In this document: positions 62,446 through 64,000 of the stretch, piece after piece | How the letters are laid out: each line of letters opens with the position of its first letter | How positions within the stretch are numbered: the first letter of the stretch is position 1 | NCBI GenBank assembly: GCA_030704615.1 | Contig: CM060733.1 | Coordinates: forward strand, 32,984,001-33,048,000 | Reading direction: 5' to 3' | From: Takakia lepidozioides | Lineage: Eukaryota; Plantae; Bryophyta | Length of the DNA: 64,000 nucleotides | The notes under the pieces: model-generated | The model's database searches: none | What the model saw: the letters and a program-made list of their open reading frames with translations, nothing else | Told to the model about the DNA's origin: nothing | Translations under genes and position numbers: made by a program

Positions 62446-64000
62446 CATGCCGCTTCTAGTTGACCATCTACCCATGTAGGTTTCTTGTACCTATCCTTCC
62501 ACAGGGAATCATAGGTAATGTGGAGCTTGAAATCCAGCCCTCTTGGATGAATCTGGACCCACACTCTATCCCTGCTCCTTCAGCTATCCATGCCTCTGAC
62601 AACCTACAATTCTACCAGCAAACACCCCAACCATACTGGTGTGGAGTTCTTCCCCAAAACACCCCAACCCTACTTATCACAATCTGAAATGCATCTGCTT
62701 CTCTCTGTAGTCCAACAGGCATTCGCCTTTTTGTCTCCATTGTCCCACCATTGGGGTCGGAAAGTGTTCACTCCAAAGCTTCTCCTCACCTCTATCATAT
62801 GTTTTTGGATACTTCCCTGCTGCCACACTAGCAGTAACTTGCCAAAGTCACTCCAAACCACCACAGATGTACCCAACGACCTAACTTACAAAATTCAATA
62901 TGCATCTTGCGGCCGAGTCTGATGAGAGGGCAACACAGGCTGAAATAGGTTGAAGAAGAAGGTGCCCTACCACATTGTCCTTGACTTGTCCTGACCCATG
63001 GAGGATTTGACCGATGACCTCTTGTGTGTGCTGCTTGTGTCTGTAGTCAGGTAATGTCGGATTGGTCTGTCAGATCGAACCACTATGGCGTAGATGAGTA
63101 GTCAGAGATTGAAACACGCTTGCTAAGACCAAGCTGACTCTCCCAAGAACGGCGAGCTCGCTTGTCCTCGTCTCGTCTCCTCCTCCTCTTCTCCTTCGTG
63201 CATCATTTGCTCAACGCCTCCATCCCACGCCCCTGCATATCCTGCTATCATCGTGTTCCATCCCTCAGCTATGTGGTGTGGCACAGGAGACAAAAAGACG
63301 CCAAGTCCCAGCCCTCCTTTCTGTTCACGATTACACTAATGGGCAACCTTATTAGCAAAAAAATTTAACTTTTTTAAACCTAATGGGCAACCTTATTTGC
63401 ATTATATGTGCCTTCAAAATGACACGTGTAGTGATGTCGTCGTATAAATAGAGCTCTGAAACCATCTTCAGTCATGGAGTCATAAGATTCCATGAAACGT
63501 CGTCCACGTGTAGTCAAACATATCGCACTAGTCATATAAACCATCCCTGTCATCATGGTCAACAATGTTTGACCAATGCTCCCTAACTTTCCGGAGTCAT
63601 GTAGTGATATCCATTACTACAAAGTCATAAAACTAAAACTGTAATGCATTTCAGCGCTCCGATGTCCATGTCATGCACAATGGTCTCCGTGGCAGTCTCC
63701 TCCCCTTCCCTTCTTCCCTCCATTTTAGGCTGGCCCGCCTCTGGGATCTGTTCTGATTCGTGGGTTGACGTATCCTGTGCAACCTGCTCATCAGCGTTTT
63801 GCAGATTGCGCAACTTTCTCATTTTGACTCGCGCGTTTTTCCTCTCTCTCGCACTCGTGAAGTAAAGGGACTGCCTTCTACGTCTTCTTACTATGTCTTC
63901 TCTCTCACTCCCGCAGCTCTCCAGCTTGACTAACAACAATAGAGAAAGTAAGGAACCCTCTAAAGCCGTCAGTTATGCATGTGGTTAAGGACGTGCGTGT

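Larger units (their letters stand above)
51091..63646. mobile_element. CACTA (En/Spm) DNA transposon, ~12.5 kb; right TIR degenerate or truncated
   Basis: Left terminus CACTACAACAGATGAGCGTTTTTATGACT at 51091. ATGACTAC-rich subterminal repeats at 51110-51720 and, inverted, at 63420-63632 (AAGTCATAAAAC). TnpD and TnpA-like genes lie inside. No TSD could be confirmed. Confidence 0.88.

Noticed and set aside
63601-63606. GTAGTG as the CACTA right terminus
   Set aside because: The internal sequence does not match the left TIR and the flank (ATA) does not match the left flank (TTT). It is probably a subterminal motif.
63625-63939. 104-aa minus-strand ORF at the window end
   Set aside because: Possibly an exon fragment abutting the CACTA end, but there is no recognisable domain and its context lies outside the window.

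Overview
Eukaryotic, intron-containing land-plant DNA. It is most consistent with a bryophyte-grade plant that has flagellated sperm; this is inferred from the H1-derived protamine-like gene and the moss-like TE proteins. No rRNA, functional tRNA or CRISPR array is present. There are three apparently intact host genes: a SINE1-like ARM/HEAT nuclear-envelope gene (minus strand, runs off the left edge), an intronless histone-H1/protamine-like gene, and a 12-exon UPF3. The rest is mostly mobile DNA. (1) A 4.5-kb Mutator-like element with a 9-bp TSD splits a host exon and carries a captured RPL32 fragment. (2) An L1 LINE fragment. (3) A Ty3/Gypsy retrotransposon whose pol has a DNMT3-like C5-cytosine methyltransferase between protease and RT and a PHD finger after integrase. 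(4) An unclassified ~12-kb degenerate element marked by 11 copies of a CGCGCGATCGCGCG palindrome; it encodes a ParB-like/MTase-like protein, a Pol II CTD-like heptad array and two FCP1-like phosphatases. (5) tRNA-derived SINEs. (6) A ~12.5-kb CACTA element whose TnpA-like gene also contains an FCP1-like phosphatase. The recurring theme is TE-borne chromatin and transcription modifiers (DNMT, PHD, CTD mimic, CTD-phosphatase-like domains). All domain calls come from motif recognition by eye; no database search was run.
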